A DNA stretch of 64,000 nt from Eledone cirrhosa (lineage: Eukaryota): contig OZ024755.1 of assembly GCA_964016885.1 (NCBI GenBank), forward strand, positions 28,830,001 through 28,894,000, read 5' to 3'. Below the pieces are notes generated by a model, which ran no database searches, was not told the origin of the DNA, and saw only the letters and a program-made list of their open reading frames with translations. The translations under genes were made by a program, and so were the position numbers. The number at the start of each line of letters is the position of its first letter. Position 1 is the first letter of the stretch. Below are positions 29,755 through 43,517 of the stretch, in pieces.

Positions 29755-29907
29755 TGTGTTAATACATGTGTATATTAATACATATATATATATATGCATA
29801 TATATATATATATCATACATATAAAAAAGGTCAGGCAAATAGTCACATTTGCGAATAATACATAGAAATGCTGTACGTAATGGGAAGAAGTGAATGTGAG
29901 AGGGGAG

Positions 29908-30042
<135 letters not shown>

Positions 30043-30467
30043 AAATCCTCTGGACCCCCGAGAAAGAAGGTTAACTATGTTGAGCAAAAACGCTGTTGAT
30101 GTTTGTAGTGAAATCCTTAAAGAATTAACACGAGGCATGAATAAATATTAAAATGTATTTCTGCTATTTTTATTTAAAGCTAATAAAACAACTACTTGCT
30201 GATTGACAAACAGATACTACTCTGGAGCAACAGTTTTTGAAGCGATACTACCTCGTGCGCCATCTTACATAAATACTGCAGCACCGATTTTGTAGCTCAC
30301 ATTAAATCAAACATATGTACGACTAGCTAAACAGGGAGAACATACATACATACATACATACATACATACATACATACATACATACATACATACATACATA
30401 CATACATACATACATACATACAAATCTATATGTATTTCTCCGTCTTTATCCATCACTCTCTCTCCCC

Positions 30468-30499
<32 letters not shown>

Positions 30500-30575
30500 T
30501 ATCATTATTGTTATTATTATAAAATAAAACCTGATATTTACACTCACGCAGATATACATATATACATCTGACTTT

Positions 30576-30629
<54 letters not shown>

Positions 30630-30671
30630 GCATGTGGGTGTGTGTATATATATAAATCTGACTTTCAATAT

Positions 30672-30761
<90 letters not shown>

Positions 30762-30814
30762 GCATGTGGGTGTGTGTATATATATAAATCTGACTTTCAA
30801 TACATACATATATA

Positions 30815-30856
<42 letters not shown>

Positions 30857-31129
30857 ATGAGAGGTCTATTTTTTAGGATTATTTTACATATTCCAACTGA
30901 GAGGGGCAGCACAGATGATGCGGTGGAGGAAAATGTCAAGATCATATATAATACAATAATAAAGCTTAAATATACACATCATTAATACAGAAAGTAAATG
31001 CACTCAGTTAACTGCAAACCGTTCCACATAAACTTAAATACACCACACAAACTGCCATCTATACACATATAATATATTCGTACAGACTTTCACAAACTGA
31101 AAAAAAATTAATTTTAACCCAATGCAATA

Positions 31130-31318
31130 CTTGTTTCTACTTTAGGCACAGGGCCAGCAATTACCCAGTGCATTACTGGTATTTTATTTTATCGACCCCG
31201 TAAGGATGAAAGGCAAAGTCAACCTCGGCGGGATATGAACTCAGATCGTAAAGGGACGTAACTATGCTTGAAAGCATGGCGTCCTGACCCTCTACCGATA
31301 CTGCTAATCCACCGCCCT
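31130..31318 (-). mobile_element. main SINE copy
   Basis: Family consensus; TSD TTAACCCAATG(C/A)AATAC. Confidence 0.92.
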
Positions 31319-32199
31319 TAACCCAATGAAATACTGTTATGCAGATTGCATAACGTGATCCAAAGATCAGAGACGTAACTAGGGTATAGCAAGTATGGCA
31401 TTTGCCATGGGCTCCACGACATGAACGGGACGCCATTTGGACTAGAAGCCCATTCTATTAAAGTAATATAAGCCTAGTCGGTGAGTGAAAAAATAAACTG
31501 TCTCTGATTAGCACGGGTGAGAATACTATGGTGGCTGGATCATTAAACCATTTATATAAATTATTAGGTCCATAGGAAAAAAATATAGTGCTGCGCAGGG
31601 GCGTAAATCCCCTGCTTGCTATAGGCGCTATTTTCCATAGTTGTGCATCTATCGAAGACACTATATGTATACATACACGTATACGTACATTAGTTTTCGG
31701 AGGCATATGCAAGAAACACGCCTAATGAAATATAAACATTGGAATTTAATTAATGAAACAATGTAAACTATAATGTGTTTCAATTCTTTGCCTAAAATAT
31801 GAGAATATATTATAACTTTTGTTCATAAACAACAAACACCGTTGGTAAATGTCAAGTCATTATCCTTTGAGACAGTCGCATAATAGCATAACTCCAACAA
31901 AGACTGAACAGTCCAAACTCTTTGTCGTGACAACAGCTCTTCTTCAAACATTGTTCTCTCTCTTTTTTTTTTGTGTGTTTTAGTTGCTTTTCGTGTAGCT
32001 CGTATCAATAGTTTATTTGTTAGTAATCAGACTGGAATACGTTTATTCTTTACACTCAATATGTCTACTCAATCAACAATAGAAGCTCATTAATCAAGAG
32101 ATATATGCTAGATCGATAGAGACATAGAAAAGAGGGGGAAGAGGGAATGAGAGTAGATTAGAGTGGGGCAGTAGAAAATGGAAATAATTGGCGTTAATA

Positions 32200-32530
32200 A
32201 TTGGGATATGATACGTGCTGTTCATAGAGGTACGAGACTTATTGTAATAATTATTGAAGCAGACTTCGTTAGAATATTCTCTAGAAATGCTAACCCTAGA
32301 TAAGCCTTGAATGATACGATTCATTTCCACAAGGGGTGACCATATTTCTAGTACTAGGGACATATGTTTGGATTGGCTGAGGAAAGAATAGATAAACATA
32401 TTTTACGGGCAGGAGACCCAGAGGTAGACCAAGAGGAAGATTGTTGAATAAATTCTAGAAGCATGTTTCACTTCGTTTGGGGATACAATTGGGTCATTTA
32501 GAGAGGGTTTCCTCTGATAGAACCCCCAAG
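32200..32530 (+). pseudogene. RTE LINE ORF2 C-terminal remnant
   Basis: GHMFGLAEERIDKHIFTGRRPRGRPRGR resembles the RTE motif GHVxRMxEER...GRRPRGRPR. Confidence 0.65.
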
Positions 32531-32746
32531 AAGGAACATCATAGAACCCAGCCCACACTACCCTGATTGAAAATCAATGCCGTTAAGATCCAGTGCCGGC
32601 ACTACCGAAGTGGAGACACATAGAGTAGAATGATATGCTGAGAGTCATCACGTCCGATAATCTAATAATTTCACAAGGTATACATACACACACACACACA
32701 TACACACACATATATGTATATGTATATATATATATAGAGAGAGAGA

Positions 32747-32915
32747 GAAATGGCTTCTACAGGAATAGAACTGTTTCATTCGAAGGAAATCATCAGATAA
32801 GCTGTGATGATTTCCTTCGAATGAAACAGTTCTAGTCCTGCAGAAGCCATTTCTATATTAAATATTTATACTCTGCTATGTATTGAGTACCTTACTTACT
32901 GTGGTTACCCCCGAG
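32747..32915 (+). mobile_element. fold-back mini-element family B with hammerhead
   Basis: Arms 32747-32796 and 32804-32853; (C/G)TGATGA-TTTC-CTTC-GAAT-GAAAC-AGTTCTA-GTC. Confidence 0.82.
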
Positions 32916-33750
32916 TGAATCCGGGATACACACATATATATTTCAATATATATATATATAGTATTAAGGATACTATTTATGGTTATGTATATACTAAAAC
33001 CTTTTATAGTTACATATATTTTAAACCCTAAATAGTGAAAGACAGTAATTTATTAAAACAATTAACACATTTCAAATCATGTTATAAATATCTACACACG
33101 TTTCAACTTATATTAGCATAATCGGGTCATTATGGCAGGATTCGGATGATAAAAGTAAAAAACAAACAAAATAACCATAAGCAATAGATCAAAGGAATTA
33201 AAGATGGTTTTTTTAATTCTAAAAAAAGGCGTTTTAAAGAAATACAGAAAATGGTATTTTATTTTATTGAAAGCACAAACAAAGTAGTTGCTTAATTGTG
33301 CTAAATAAGCCTGAAATGTTTTTCAGAAATAAAAAATAAAAAGGTTTTTTGAAGAATTTGTTTAAAAAGAAGAATGTTATGTTTATCCGGAAAAGCACAT
33401 GCAGACTAGTTGATTAATTGCGTATAAACGTCTTGCATAACGAATGCAACACTGCTCGCATATCACAATTAATGCCATAGAAATATCTCTTAAAACATTG
33501 TTTTTATATGTAAGCATGCGTTTAATATTCCTCTTAAAAATAATCTATTATTTAAATCTGCTTTTATTCATAACTAATCGCTTGTTGGCGAAAAAACCTT
33601 TTTGGTTGTCAATTGTTTTAAAACAAATTATTTAAAGTTGACAAGAATATATTATGTGGTTAATACATACACACACACTCACACATACATACATACATAC
33701 ATACATACATACATACATACATACATACATACATACATACATACATACAT

Positions 33751-33834
<84 letters not shown>

Positions 33835-34108
33835 TCTTTTACTCTTTTACCTGTTTCAGCCATCCGGCTGAGGCCATGCTGGGGCACCGCCCTTGTTGCT
33901 ACACATTTTATCGAGGGAGTTTGTTGCTGCTGCCCTTAGGTTTCCCTCGTGTCTTGCTGTGGGCTCATCCGGGATCCTGGATAACAAGGTGTCGAGATGT
34001 TTCTTAAAGACATCCACCTCCACGTCATGCAAGTCTCGCAGATGCCTCGGCAGCCTGTTGAAGAGTTGAGGGCCCTTGAATCCCAGGCTATTGCAATACC
34101 TGCTCCTT
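33835..34108 (-). mobile_element. 3' end of a CR1-group (Zenon-like) LINE
   Basis: Minus strand reads CNSLGFKGPQLFNRLPRHLR...FKKHLDTLLSRIPDEP...RAAATNSL, then GGCGGTGCCCCAGCATGGCC and a (GTAAAAGA)n tail. Confidence 0.8.
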
Positions 34109-34203
34109 ATTCTAGTTTATATATATATATAAAGAACCAAGATTTTCTTAAAACATCTTTATTCTACATATTTATCAGTATAGAGCGGTTGACCCAACCA
34201 GTC

Positions 34204-34241
<38 letters not shown>

Positions 34242-34557
34242 ATGAAGTCATTGTTTCTATGTCAACCGGAAGTTTGACAGATCAGTAGAGAGTTTTTATT
34301 TTATTATCAGAAAATAAATATATATATATACGGAGATAGTTATCTGCTTCTGACAATCATTGGATATATCATGTCATCACTGTGTGTCTCGAAGTGTGTA
34401 TTTGTGTATGTACGTGTTTGTGTGTGTGTGTGAGAGAGAGAGAGAGAAGTACTGAGAAATATGTAAAAGAGCAAAATGACACCTAGCTAAAGCTTTCGCT
34501 TAGCATCTGAGAGATGCGGTGTTCGATTTCTCACAAGTTTCTCCCACCATCTTTTTC

Positions 34558-35078
34558 ATTGCTCTAATAATTGTTTCTACTTTTGGCACAAGGCCCGCAA
34601 TTATCCAAGTGCATTACTGGTACTTTATTATATCGACACTGTACGGATGAAAGGCAAAGTTAACCTCGGCGGGATTTGAACTCAGACCGTCAAAGCATAA
34701 TAATTGTTACTACTTTTGGCACAAGGCCATCAAATACCCAGTTCATTACTGGTACTTTATTTTATCGATCCCGTAAGGATGAAAGGCAAAGTTAACTTCG
34801 GCGGGATTTGAACTCAGACCAGAAAGGGACGTAACTATGCTGGAAAGCATGGCGTCCGACCCTCTACCAATACAGCCAATCCAATAATGGCGTCTGTGCA
34901 GTCATCAATGTGAACCTTTCTTCTAAACGACGTGAAGGGAACACATTTAATACGGTTTCAATATGTCGAGTAGTTTTGTAGTTTTAGGCGGACACACAAT
35001 CTATAACTATGCTGGAAAGCATGGCGTCCGACAGTCTACTGATGCAGCCACTCCACCTTGCTCGTTGCTCTAATAATG
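34558..35078 (-). mobile_element. nested main SINEs
   Basis: Outer copy split into 34568-34695 and 35005-35060 with TSD TTGCTCTAATAAT; inner full copy at 34700-34885. Confidence 0.85.
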
Positions 35079-35518
35079 TAATCCCAAAACATATTCAATC
35101 TGGTTATGGAAGGCAACACATTTAACCAATGCAAGTGAAATATTTTTATGGAGACTGCTTCATCTCTTGATATTCTCTAGAACTATACTTTCTTTATGTA
35201 GCTATATATGCTGCCTAGGTTTCCTTTACTGTAGATATTCAACAATTCTCATTCATCATTCAGAATATTAGAGTGTTCTACGTTAACATTTAGAATTACA
35301 GACAGTTTGTAATATTGCTGGTGTTCTCGAGCGGATTAGATGTTCCGTTGTTGTTAAGTATGAACATATCCGACTGCTATATATTTGAGAAAGCACAATA
35401 GTTTGCATTGTATTTAAGAGATAAATGAAATATATTCGTAATTCCCTAGCTAACCGCCTTCTTTTAAAGAATCATGCAATATGTTATATACACATACATC
35501 TACATATATATATGTGCG

Positions 35519-35555
<37 letters not shown>

Positions 35556-35697
35556 GTGTATATATATATATATATACATTTATATATATATAATATATAT
35601 ATAAATTTATATATATATATACTACATGATATATACATTTATATATACATGATATATACATGATATATATATATATATATATACATTTATATATACA

Positions 35698-35784
<87 letters not shown>

Positions 35785-35871
35785 TATATATACATGTGTA
35801 TATATATAAAGCGTCGACGCATTCAATTTGTAACGGATTAGTTAGCAGACTCCAATATATATATATATATA

Positions 35872-35930
35872 TTGATGATTTCTAATGAATGAAACAGTTC
35901 TAGTCCTGTAGAATCTCATCTATATTAAAT
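35872..35930 (+). mobile_element. family B hammerhead fragment
   Basis: TTGATGA-TTTC-TAAT-GAAT-GAAAC-AGTTCTA-GTC-CTGTAG within TA repeats. Confidence 0.7.
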
Positions 35931-35993
35931 ATATATATATTATATATATATGTATACACACACAAACATATACACATATATATACATATATAT

Positions 35994-36025
<32 letters not shown>

Positions 36026-36032
36026 TATATAT

Positions 36033-36067
<35 letters not shown>

Positions 36068-36154
36068 GTCGATGGATTCTATTTGTAATGGATTAGTTAG
36101 CATCAGACTCCAATATCCCGCATCAATTTCGAAAGTTAATATTTACATCAACCT

Positions 36155-36203
36155 CGATACGATACGATACGATACGATACGATACGATACGATACGATAC
36201 GAT
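36155..36203. repeat. (CGATA)n pentanucleotide repeat
   Basis: Direct reading. Confidence 0.95.
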
Positions 36204-36699
36204 ATATATACCTGAAGTATATTTGTATTCATTTCAAACCTGATATAATATGAAACTGCTACAATTTTGGAGAATTAGCAACTGCATTATAAGTATTCAA
36301 AGTAAATATAGTATGGAAAAAAAAGGATCTCTGGAACATAATTAACAATAACCATGTTACTTAATAAATAACGGAATATTAAGCAAAGGCGAATAGAAAA
36401 TTAAAAGACATATACTTGTCACACAATGTTAACAATCTTTTGTCTTCTAAATAGGCTGACAATCACATGTGCTGTTAATTAATCTCATTTAATGATATTG
36501 TAAGTGTAGAATTTCTTTTAATCATTCACCAAAAACAAGTAGATATTAAATATTTTCCAATTACTAGTTGATAAAAAGCGGAATATGTTGCTTATGCTTT
36601 CTCACAGAACAACTTTAATTGACACACGGCGTTAATAATTAGTGTTCATGACTTAATTAACTTTGTTTATGCTTCTGCTTAAAGATTTGACGGAGTTTT

Positions 36700-36870
36700 A
36701 TATCATCACATGGTTGGAAGATGGTAAGGGAGATGCACTGGAAAAGCCATTCTAGTTCGCGGGGCTCAGACCTGCAGGTAGCCAACTCTGTGCCGATGGT
36801 GGTGAGCAGGGACATAGTCCTAGGGCCAATGATACCAGAAGTTCCAATTACACAATTCATATTGAAGATG
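36700..36870 (-). pseudogene. CRE-like non-LTR element RLE C-terminal remnant
   Basis: GTSGIIGPRTMSLLTTIGTELATCRSEPRELEWLFQCISLTI resembles ETLGxWGP...LGRRL...GDPR...LxQRLSIAI. Confidence 0.65.
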
Positions 36871-38187
36871 GTGCTGGGTTGATCAATTTATAATTAGAGA
36901 TTAGCATTTTCTCCAGGAATGCGAAAAATGTGTCTTTCAATATTTCAACTTTTATTTCCTAGCCCATTGTTTTGCCTGATCAAAGCACACCAAACGCTTC
37001 GTTGCAATGTTATGAAAATGAAGATAAAACATACAACTAGTCAATAAGTCTGCTTGGTTCCAGTGAGGACATTAGCGGGATCATTTCCGCAATTTTTATG
37101 TGCCTTCTAAATGCTTACTAGGTTGAAGTATCAAATGTGTACAAGGCCTATTAACATGTTAACACACACACACCACGTATTCTTCTTCTTCATCTTCTTC
37201 TTCTTCTTCTAAATTTCTAATAAACCTCTTATTACTAAGTATTTCAATATATGCTATTTGCTATGATTATTTCTCGTGCGTACGAAAGGTACAACATCAT
37301 TACACATTACAGGTGCAATGATATTTTATCCAATAACCAAAGTACAGCCGAGGGCAATAAATGAACAGCTGTAACATATTCCGCCACAAATATATTCCAC
37401 ATATACAAGCAAGTAAACAGAACACCACAATACACTCTACTATATAAAAAATATATTACAAAGCTTTACTCCCTTAAGACTCATATACCGAAGAGTGTTT
37501 CTGTACTTTAGAGATTTGACGAACTACATTTATATATTATGAGATTCAAAAACTAGTGTCAAATATATTATATATTAGAAATTCTAGGATTTTTTTTCTT
37601 TTTCTAGCTGCAAAATCATTGTCTATAAATGTCGAAAGAAATACAATGACTAAATAAGTATTCTTCCACAATATAATTTATGAGTAAAGTAAAATACAAT
37701 AATTCACGTTGTGAAAAACGATACATATAAATTTCATCATCCATATAAATCAAACAAAACATTGCATAATTTTTTTGTGTCACATGATCAAGAGACATTA
37801 TTTTAAATCTTAGTTACCGTGATAGCTTCATGGAAAGTGTCTGTTGTGAACATATAATACAATGCGATGTTTAGATTTCGGTATGTTTTATTTTTATAGG
37901 TTCGACATTATTTAATATTTTCTTGGTGTGAACTTCAAGTGGTTTATTGCAGATAGCATCATAGAAAAAATGAATAAAGTTATGTTTAGTCACTCGATTT
38001 GCTACAAATTATTTAGTATTTTCTTGGTGAGAACTTCCAAGTGGTTTATTGCATAGAGCATCATAGAAAAATGAAATGAATTAACTTGTATTTAGTCGCT
38101 CTATTTGCTACAAACTACAAAGATTCTTTTTTTTTTTTACAAATCGCATCTTATTCTCTGTACGTTACGCTGTAAAACTGATATGTT

Positions 38188-38375
38188 CGCGGTTGACAGT
38201 ATCAGTAGAGCGTCAGACACCATGCTTGGATGCATAGAGTTATGGCCCTTTACGTTCTGAGTTCAAATCCCGCCGAGGTTAACTTTGCCTTTCATCCTAA
38301 AGGGGTCGACAAAATAAAGTACCAGTAATGCACTGAGATAATTGCAGGCCTTGTGCAAAAAGTAGAAACAATTAT
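38188..38375 (+). mobile_element. main SINE copy
   Basis: Family consensus; upstream flank shared with the 42566 copy. Confidence 0.9.
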
Positions 38376-38659
38376 TTTAAAAAACATATGTAATTTAATA
38401 AAGCACCACAAAAATATGTTTCTTACGTATCAGCGAGAACGTTTCCACGCAGTTGATCAATCTACTAAGAAAAACAAAGCGAACCGCCCTCAAATTAACC
38501 CAAATACACAATCGCCATTTTTAATAGTCATACGTACAACTAAAATGCACTCTCAGAATGCAGTTGATTATACGTCATCTTAACCTGTGACTAATCAATA
38601 GTAGCAGCAATAAGCCCAACGACTACAACAACATTGTCAAAATATGATCAAACGATACA

Positions 38660-38965
38660 ATCCATACTTCCAAAGATGATATCCGTGAACGCTGGACTAA
38701 GTTCTATGATGAACTGTATTTTAGCAACTCAGAACAAACAACCATTCATGATTCGACATCAGATGCCATTCCATCTATCTTAGCTAGTGAGATATCTCAT
38801 GCCATCAAGCATTTGAAGAGAGGAAAAAGCACTGAACTGGACAACATATACTCAGAATACATCAAAGCTGGAGGTGAACCAATTATCAAAGCACTTCAAC
38901 ATCTCTTTAACTGTATTATCACTACAGGAAAAAGTCCAGACATGTTCAAGAAAGCATTGATAGTC
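38660..38965 (+). pseudogene. RTE LINE ORF2 fragment (RT N-terminal region)
   Basis: IRERWTKFYDELY...IPSILASEISHAIKHLKRGKSTELDNIYSEYIKAGG...LFN. Confidence 0.8.
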
Positions 38966-39206
38966 GAAAGTAACTTAGTTTCAATTAGTTTATTACATTT
39001 ACCATAATTTAGTGTTTATGAAAATAATGTGAGGATCATGATCATTTCACCCATTCTAACAAAGCATATAGGTCGCCAAGGCTGTGAATTTAAAACTTTC
39101 TATATACATCAACGTAGCACACACACACACACACAACGACATACGTATTTACATCTACCTATCTATCTATCTCCTCTCACTCTCTCTCTTTCTCTCCCTT
39201 TCTCTC

Positions 39207-39270
<64 letters not shown>

Positions 39271-39522
39271 AATACATAAACGGAGAAAGCTATTAGCGAT
39301 ACTCCGACCAATTTTTGATATATATATATATATATATATATATATCAAGCTGAAAGGTTATTGAAAGACAGTGTTTACTGTTATATAAAACCTACAATAA
39401 CAACATAAACCAAACAGTGAATGTATTTTATTATTATTTCTGGCAATATTATAACAATATGAACCTCCCCAAATATAACAATATACACACACACATGAAT
39501 ATATATATATATATATATGAAT

Positions 39523-39710
39523 AATTGTTTCTACTTTAGGCACAAGGCCAGCAATTACCCAGTGCATTACTGGTACTTTATTTTATCGACCCCGTAAGGA
39601 TGAAAGGCAAATTCAACCTCGGCGGGATTTGAACTCAGATCGTAAAGGGACGTAACTATGCTGGAACGCATGGCGTCCGACCCTCTACTGATACTGCCAA
39701 TCCACCACCC
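39523..39710 (-). mobile_element. main SINE copy
   Basis: Family consensus; TSD ATATATGAATAAT. Confidence 0.92.
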
Positions 39711-40138
39711 TTACATATATGAATAATGGGCAAATTATATTGCAGTACTAGTTCAAAGACACCTCATACTGAAGAGAATCTGGTTCTTGGTGTTTTGAAA
39801 TGCATTAATTCAAACTTGTTTATTTTAATTGAGTTTTTCTCTGAGATTCAAAACAGCCATATAGGTTTAGATTATTTATAAGAAGTAATAATTTCATATT
39901 CTGATTGCTTTTGTATCTTGTCATGTGTATTACAATATATAATTAATTTGTCCAGGCACTAACATTTAACTCTCTCTCTTTCTCTCGTTATATATATATA
40001 TATATATATACAGTATATATACAGTATATATATGTTCCTCATGAAATAACAACCCAACAAGGAACTGGGCATATCAGAGTATTGACAATATTATACACCT
40101 CAACAACATATGTACTTGGCTATACCATACTAATTCAA

Positions 40139-40193
40139 ACTGCCTGAAGAGGTCACAGCCAAAGATGGCTGTCACTGAAATATATATAGCAGT
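40139..40193 (+). ncRNA. type I hammerhead ribozyme (family H mini-element, about 40033-40248)
   Basis: ACTGC-CTGAAGA-GGTCACAGCC-AAAGAT-GGCTGTCACT-GAAA-TATATA-TA-GCAGT with a perfect stem I. Confidence 0.88.
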
Positions 40194-40242
40194 AATAAAC
40201 GAAGCTAAATTTTAATCATTTGACTTTTATTTAACTTTATTT

Positions 40243-40297
<55 letters not shown>

Positions 40298-40300
<3 letters not shown>

Positions 40301-40575
40301 AAGGTTAAACAAGGTTCAATGAATAAATCAGAGAATGAGTTTTACAATAGATTGGAAGCATTCAACTGTTGCAATCTGTATTATATGTAATATATGTAAT
40401 TCTTTTCATGTCCCAATCTTAAGGTATATAAATATTGAGTCTTGTCATATCATGCATCATATTAGTTTATCTGATGAGGACGTACTGTTGAAGATAGCTC
40501 AGTACCTCTGAAATATGTATAATAAAATATACTTGATCACACGAATGTCTATTTTTGTTAATATTTTGAATTAAT
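40298..40575 (+). mobile_element. family I mini-element with hammerhead at 40466-40526
   Basis: TTTAT-CTGATGA-GGACGTACTG...CAGTACCTCT-GAAA-TATGTA-TA-ATAAA. Confidence 0.88.
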
Positions 40576-40646
40576 ATATATATATATATATATATAGTAA
40601 TAATAATAAAATTGATTCTTTGCTTAAACTTTAATCTGTTATTTTA

Positions 40647-40688
<42 letters not shown>

Positions 40689-41069
40689 AAAGCTTATTTC
40701 TCATCACACTAAATATACGAAGCAATATGTAACATGATGTAAGTATATCTATATTATATTGAATTTAAGAGTTGTTGCATAATAAAGACAAATCTAAATG
40801 AATGTTGATATTTCAGTAGAAATGGACTTCCTTAGAGAGGTTTCTTATCTATGGACTTCCCGAGAGAAGTTTATTATCTATGACTACTTCTATTTCACTT
40901 TGTAGACATGAAACCTACCAGGCAAATGTAAATATATTTAATATCCATGCAGCAATATATAAATATATCCACGCACCAATATATACATATACGTCAAATT
41001 TTGCAGGATAGAGATGAAAATTAAACGCAAAACTTATATTAAGTGTTTTAGCTTATATATACACGTATA

Positions 41070-41350
41070 CCCAAATTCCATGACTATAGTTAAGGGTTGG
41101 CACAAATACCGAATTGAAGACAGCAAGTTTGGCGTTTACACCTACCCCTTTCTGATGACCGACTGCACTCATTCAGCCTCATGTCTACCATTTCTCATTA
41201 AGACAGCCCCGATACACTTGAAATGTTCCACCGTTCCTGTGGAACTCCACTCACATGCAGAGTGCAATGTACAAGCTTCTATGAAGGGACCAGTGTATCA
41301 GTCTTCGCAGCAGTGATTTTCATTCCAGCCTTGCAGCGTTCGCAGCAAAC
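41070..41350 (-). pseudogene. RTE (Expander/Rex3-like) RT fragment
   Basis: Minus strand GMKITAAKT...VEHFKCIGAVL...AKLAVFNSVFVPTLNYSHGIW. Confidence 0.75.
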
Positions 41351-41699
41351 ATATCAAATGTATGTTGATGAATGAATGAAATGTGTATATATGTAGGCAT
41401 AAAATGTTGTTCTCTACTACGTCCGTGGCTTAGTGTGATGTGAAAGAAAGTCATAACTTTCTACCAAAGTTATGGCTGACGGCTGTGGGATTTGAAAATG
41501 TCAAAGCAGTGTTTGTGTTAGGCTTGTGGTGGGTAATTTGACATGGTGAGTCGTTTAAGGGATTTTGATTATTTTGTGTATTTAAATTGTTTTATCTTTC
41601 ATTCGTGAGTCTTGTTTCAATGGTGGAATTCTGTGGCTGTGTTCTGATGAAAAATATAACATTGGGTATGTTTGAAGTGTATTTATTTTGTTGAACTTG

Positions 41700-41960
41700 A
41701 ATATGTTTTGATTAAACGCATTAACATCCGTTATCTAATAGAATTCACAAGTACTGTCATTAACATAGTGTTTGTTTTCATTCTTGAGGACTTTTATTCC
41801 GAGTTTCAGGATTTGAAGCAATTTTGCAGACTGTTATTGACAGATTAAATGGAATATTTGCTCTTGTATATATTGGGTGGCTTGAGATGAATAGCAAATC
41901 ATTTCTAGATTCTGATGTTTTATAGTGGTTGTTGGTATCAATGTTTCAGCCTTTATTAAT
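41700..41960 (-). pseudogene. PLE (Neptune-like) RT thumb remnant
   Basis: Minus strand IDTNNHYKTSESRNDLLFISSHPIYTRANIPFNL...CKI resembles TDIYYKPTD...LxFxSxHP...NIPxNLAxRICxI. Confidence 0.7.
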
Positions 41961-42565
41961 TATTTGAATGTTTGAGAATGGTACGTGTTTCTGACTATAT
42001 TACGTTGTGATATTGATGTTATTTTTAAGCTGTTAATTACGGTTTTGGTATCATTAAGTTTGTCGAAAGTGCACGACCAGCATAACAGTTATCTAGGTAA
42101 CGATTCCAATTTTCTAGCTAATATATATGGAAGCATATATACAAGAAAAAAAACGATGATATTTGGTTTACATGTTTGTATGTATTATTGAATACCGACC
42201 GACCTGCTACGTGCGTTCCAACGATGATTGGCTCAACATCGATCTGATCACCAGACTGGTGAATCGTTTTTTAATATTATTTACACTGCCTGTGCATCTA
42301 GTGTTCATACTGGTAAGACCACTAGTAATTCACTGTATAATTTACACCTTATATATTACATACACATATATACATGTATGCGTATGTAATATATATACAT
42401 GTATGTACATATATACATGTATGTATGTTTGCGTGTGTGCGTTTGGTTTGGAAATGAATAAACTTGTATTTAGTCATTCTATTTGCTACAAATTATAAAC
42501 ATTCTTTTTTTTTCATAAATCGCATCTTATTCTCTGCACGTTACGCATAAAAAAATGATTTTTCT

Positions 42566-42750
42566 GCGGTTGGCAGTATCAGTAGAGCGTCAGACACAAT
42601 GCTTTGCAGCATAGAGTTATGGCCATTTACGTTCTGAGTTCAAATCCCGCCGAGATTAACTTTGCTTTTCATCCTTACGGGGTCGATAAAATAAAGTACC
42701 AGTAATGCATTGGGTAATTGCTGCCTTGTGCCAAAAGTAGAAACAATAAT
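42566..42750 (+). mobile_element. main SINE copy
   Basis: Family consensus. Confidence 0.9.
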
Positions 42751-43149
42751 TTTACATAGCCGAACAAACGGACAACGATAAAATTACGAATAATGTAAGA
42801 AAAAGACCCACTAAATGGCAAAACGATGTCACAATATTCTAAAGTCTGGTGGCTAATTTTGTCATTTATGTAGAATGATATATTGTGAAAGCAAATGGAT
42901 GTTTAATGATCTGGAGAGGATGTAGCACAAATTAGTTTAAAATTCTTTATTGTTGGCAGAATTTAGAATATTCACAATTAATTATGTATCTTATGTCTAC
43001 TAATGCAACAGAATTGTGTCCTACGTTGTCAAACACGAAGTTTAAGATTTCAATCAATAACCTACTCGTTGTAACGTCGTAACATTGCACTATGTTGTAG
43101 ATGGGAAAGAAGCAGAGGCGCCGCTCTGTCGAACAAGATGTCTTCCTTT

Positions 43150-43318
43150 AGAGATATATTTGATATATCTCATATGAAATGATATAGCCAATCTTCCACA
43201 CAATACAATTAGTTAGCACCCCGAACGTTTAATTAGGAATATACTCAGTTATTTCCTAATGTTTGTTGAGTGAGTTGGGATTTGGCCGGAGTATCGCTAT
43301 TAGCTTTTTACGATTATG
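43150..43318 (-). repeat. unclassified dispersed repeat
   Basis: Reverse complement of 62265-62432; its start also occurs at 39275-39312. Confidence 0.8.
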
Positions 43319-43350
43319 TATGTATATATATATATAATGTGTATGTGTGT

Positions 43351-43395
<45 letters not shown>

Positions 43396-43461
43396 TATGT
43401 CCCAAGGCTCTGATACCATCAACACTATAAACACAGAGCTGGCATATCTAAAAACTGACTA

Positions 43462-43517
43462 ACTGCCTGATGAGGTCATAACCATTCAATGGCTATCATC
43501 GAAATATATATAGCAGT
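43462..43517 (+). ncRNA. type I hammerhead ribozyme (family H, second copy)
   Basis: ACTGC-CTGATGA-GGTCATAACCATT-C-AATGGCTATCATC-GAAA-TATATA-TA-GCAGT. Confidence 0.85.
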
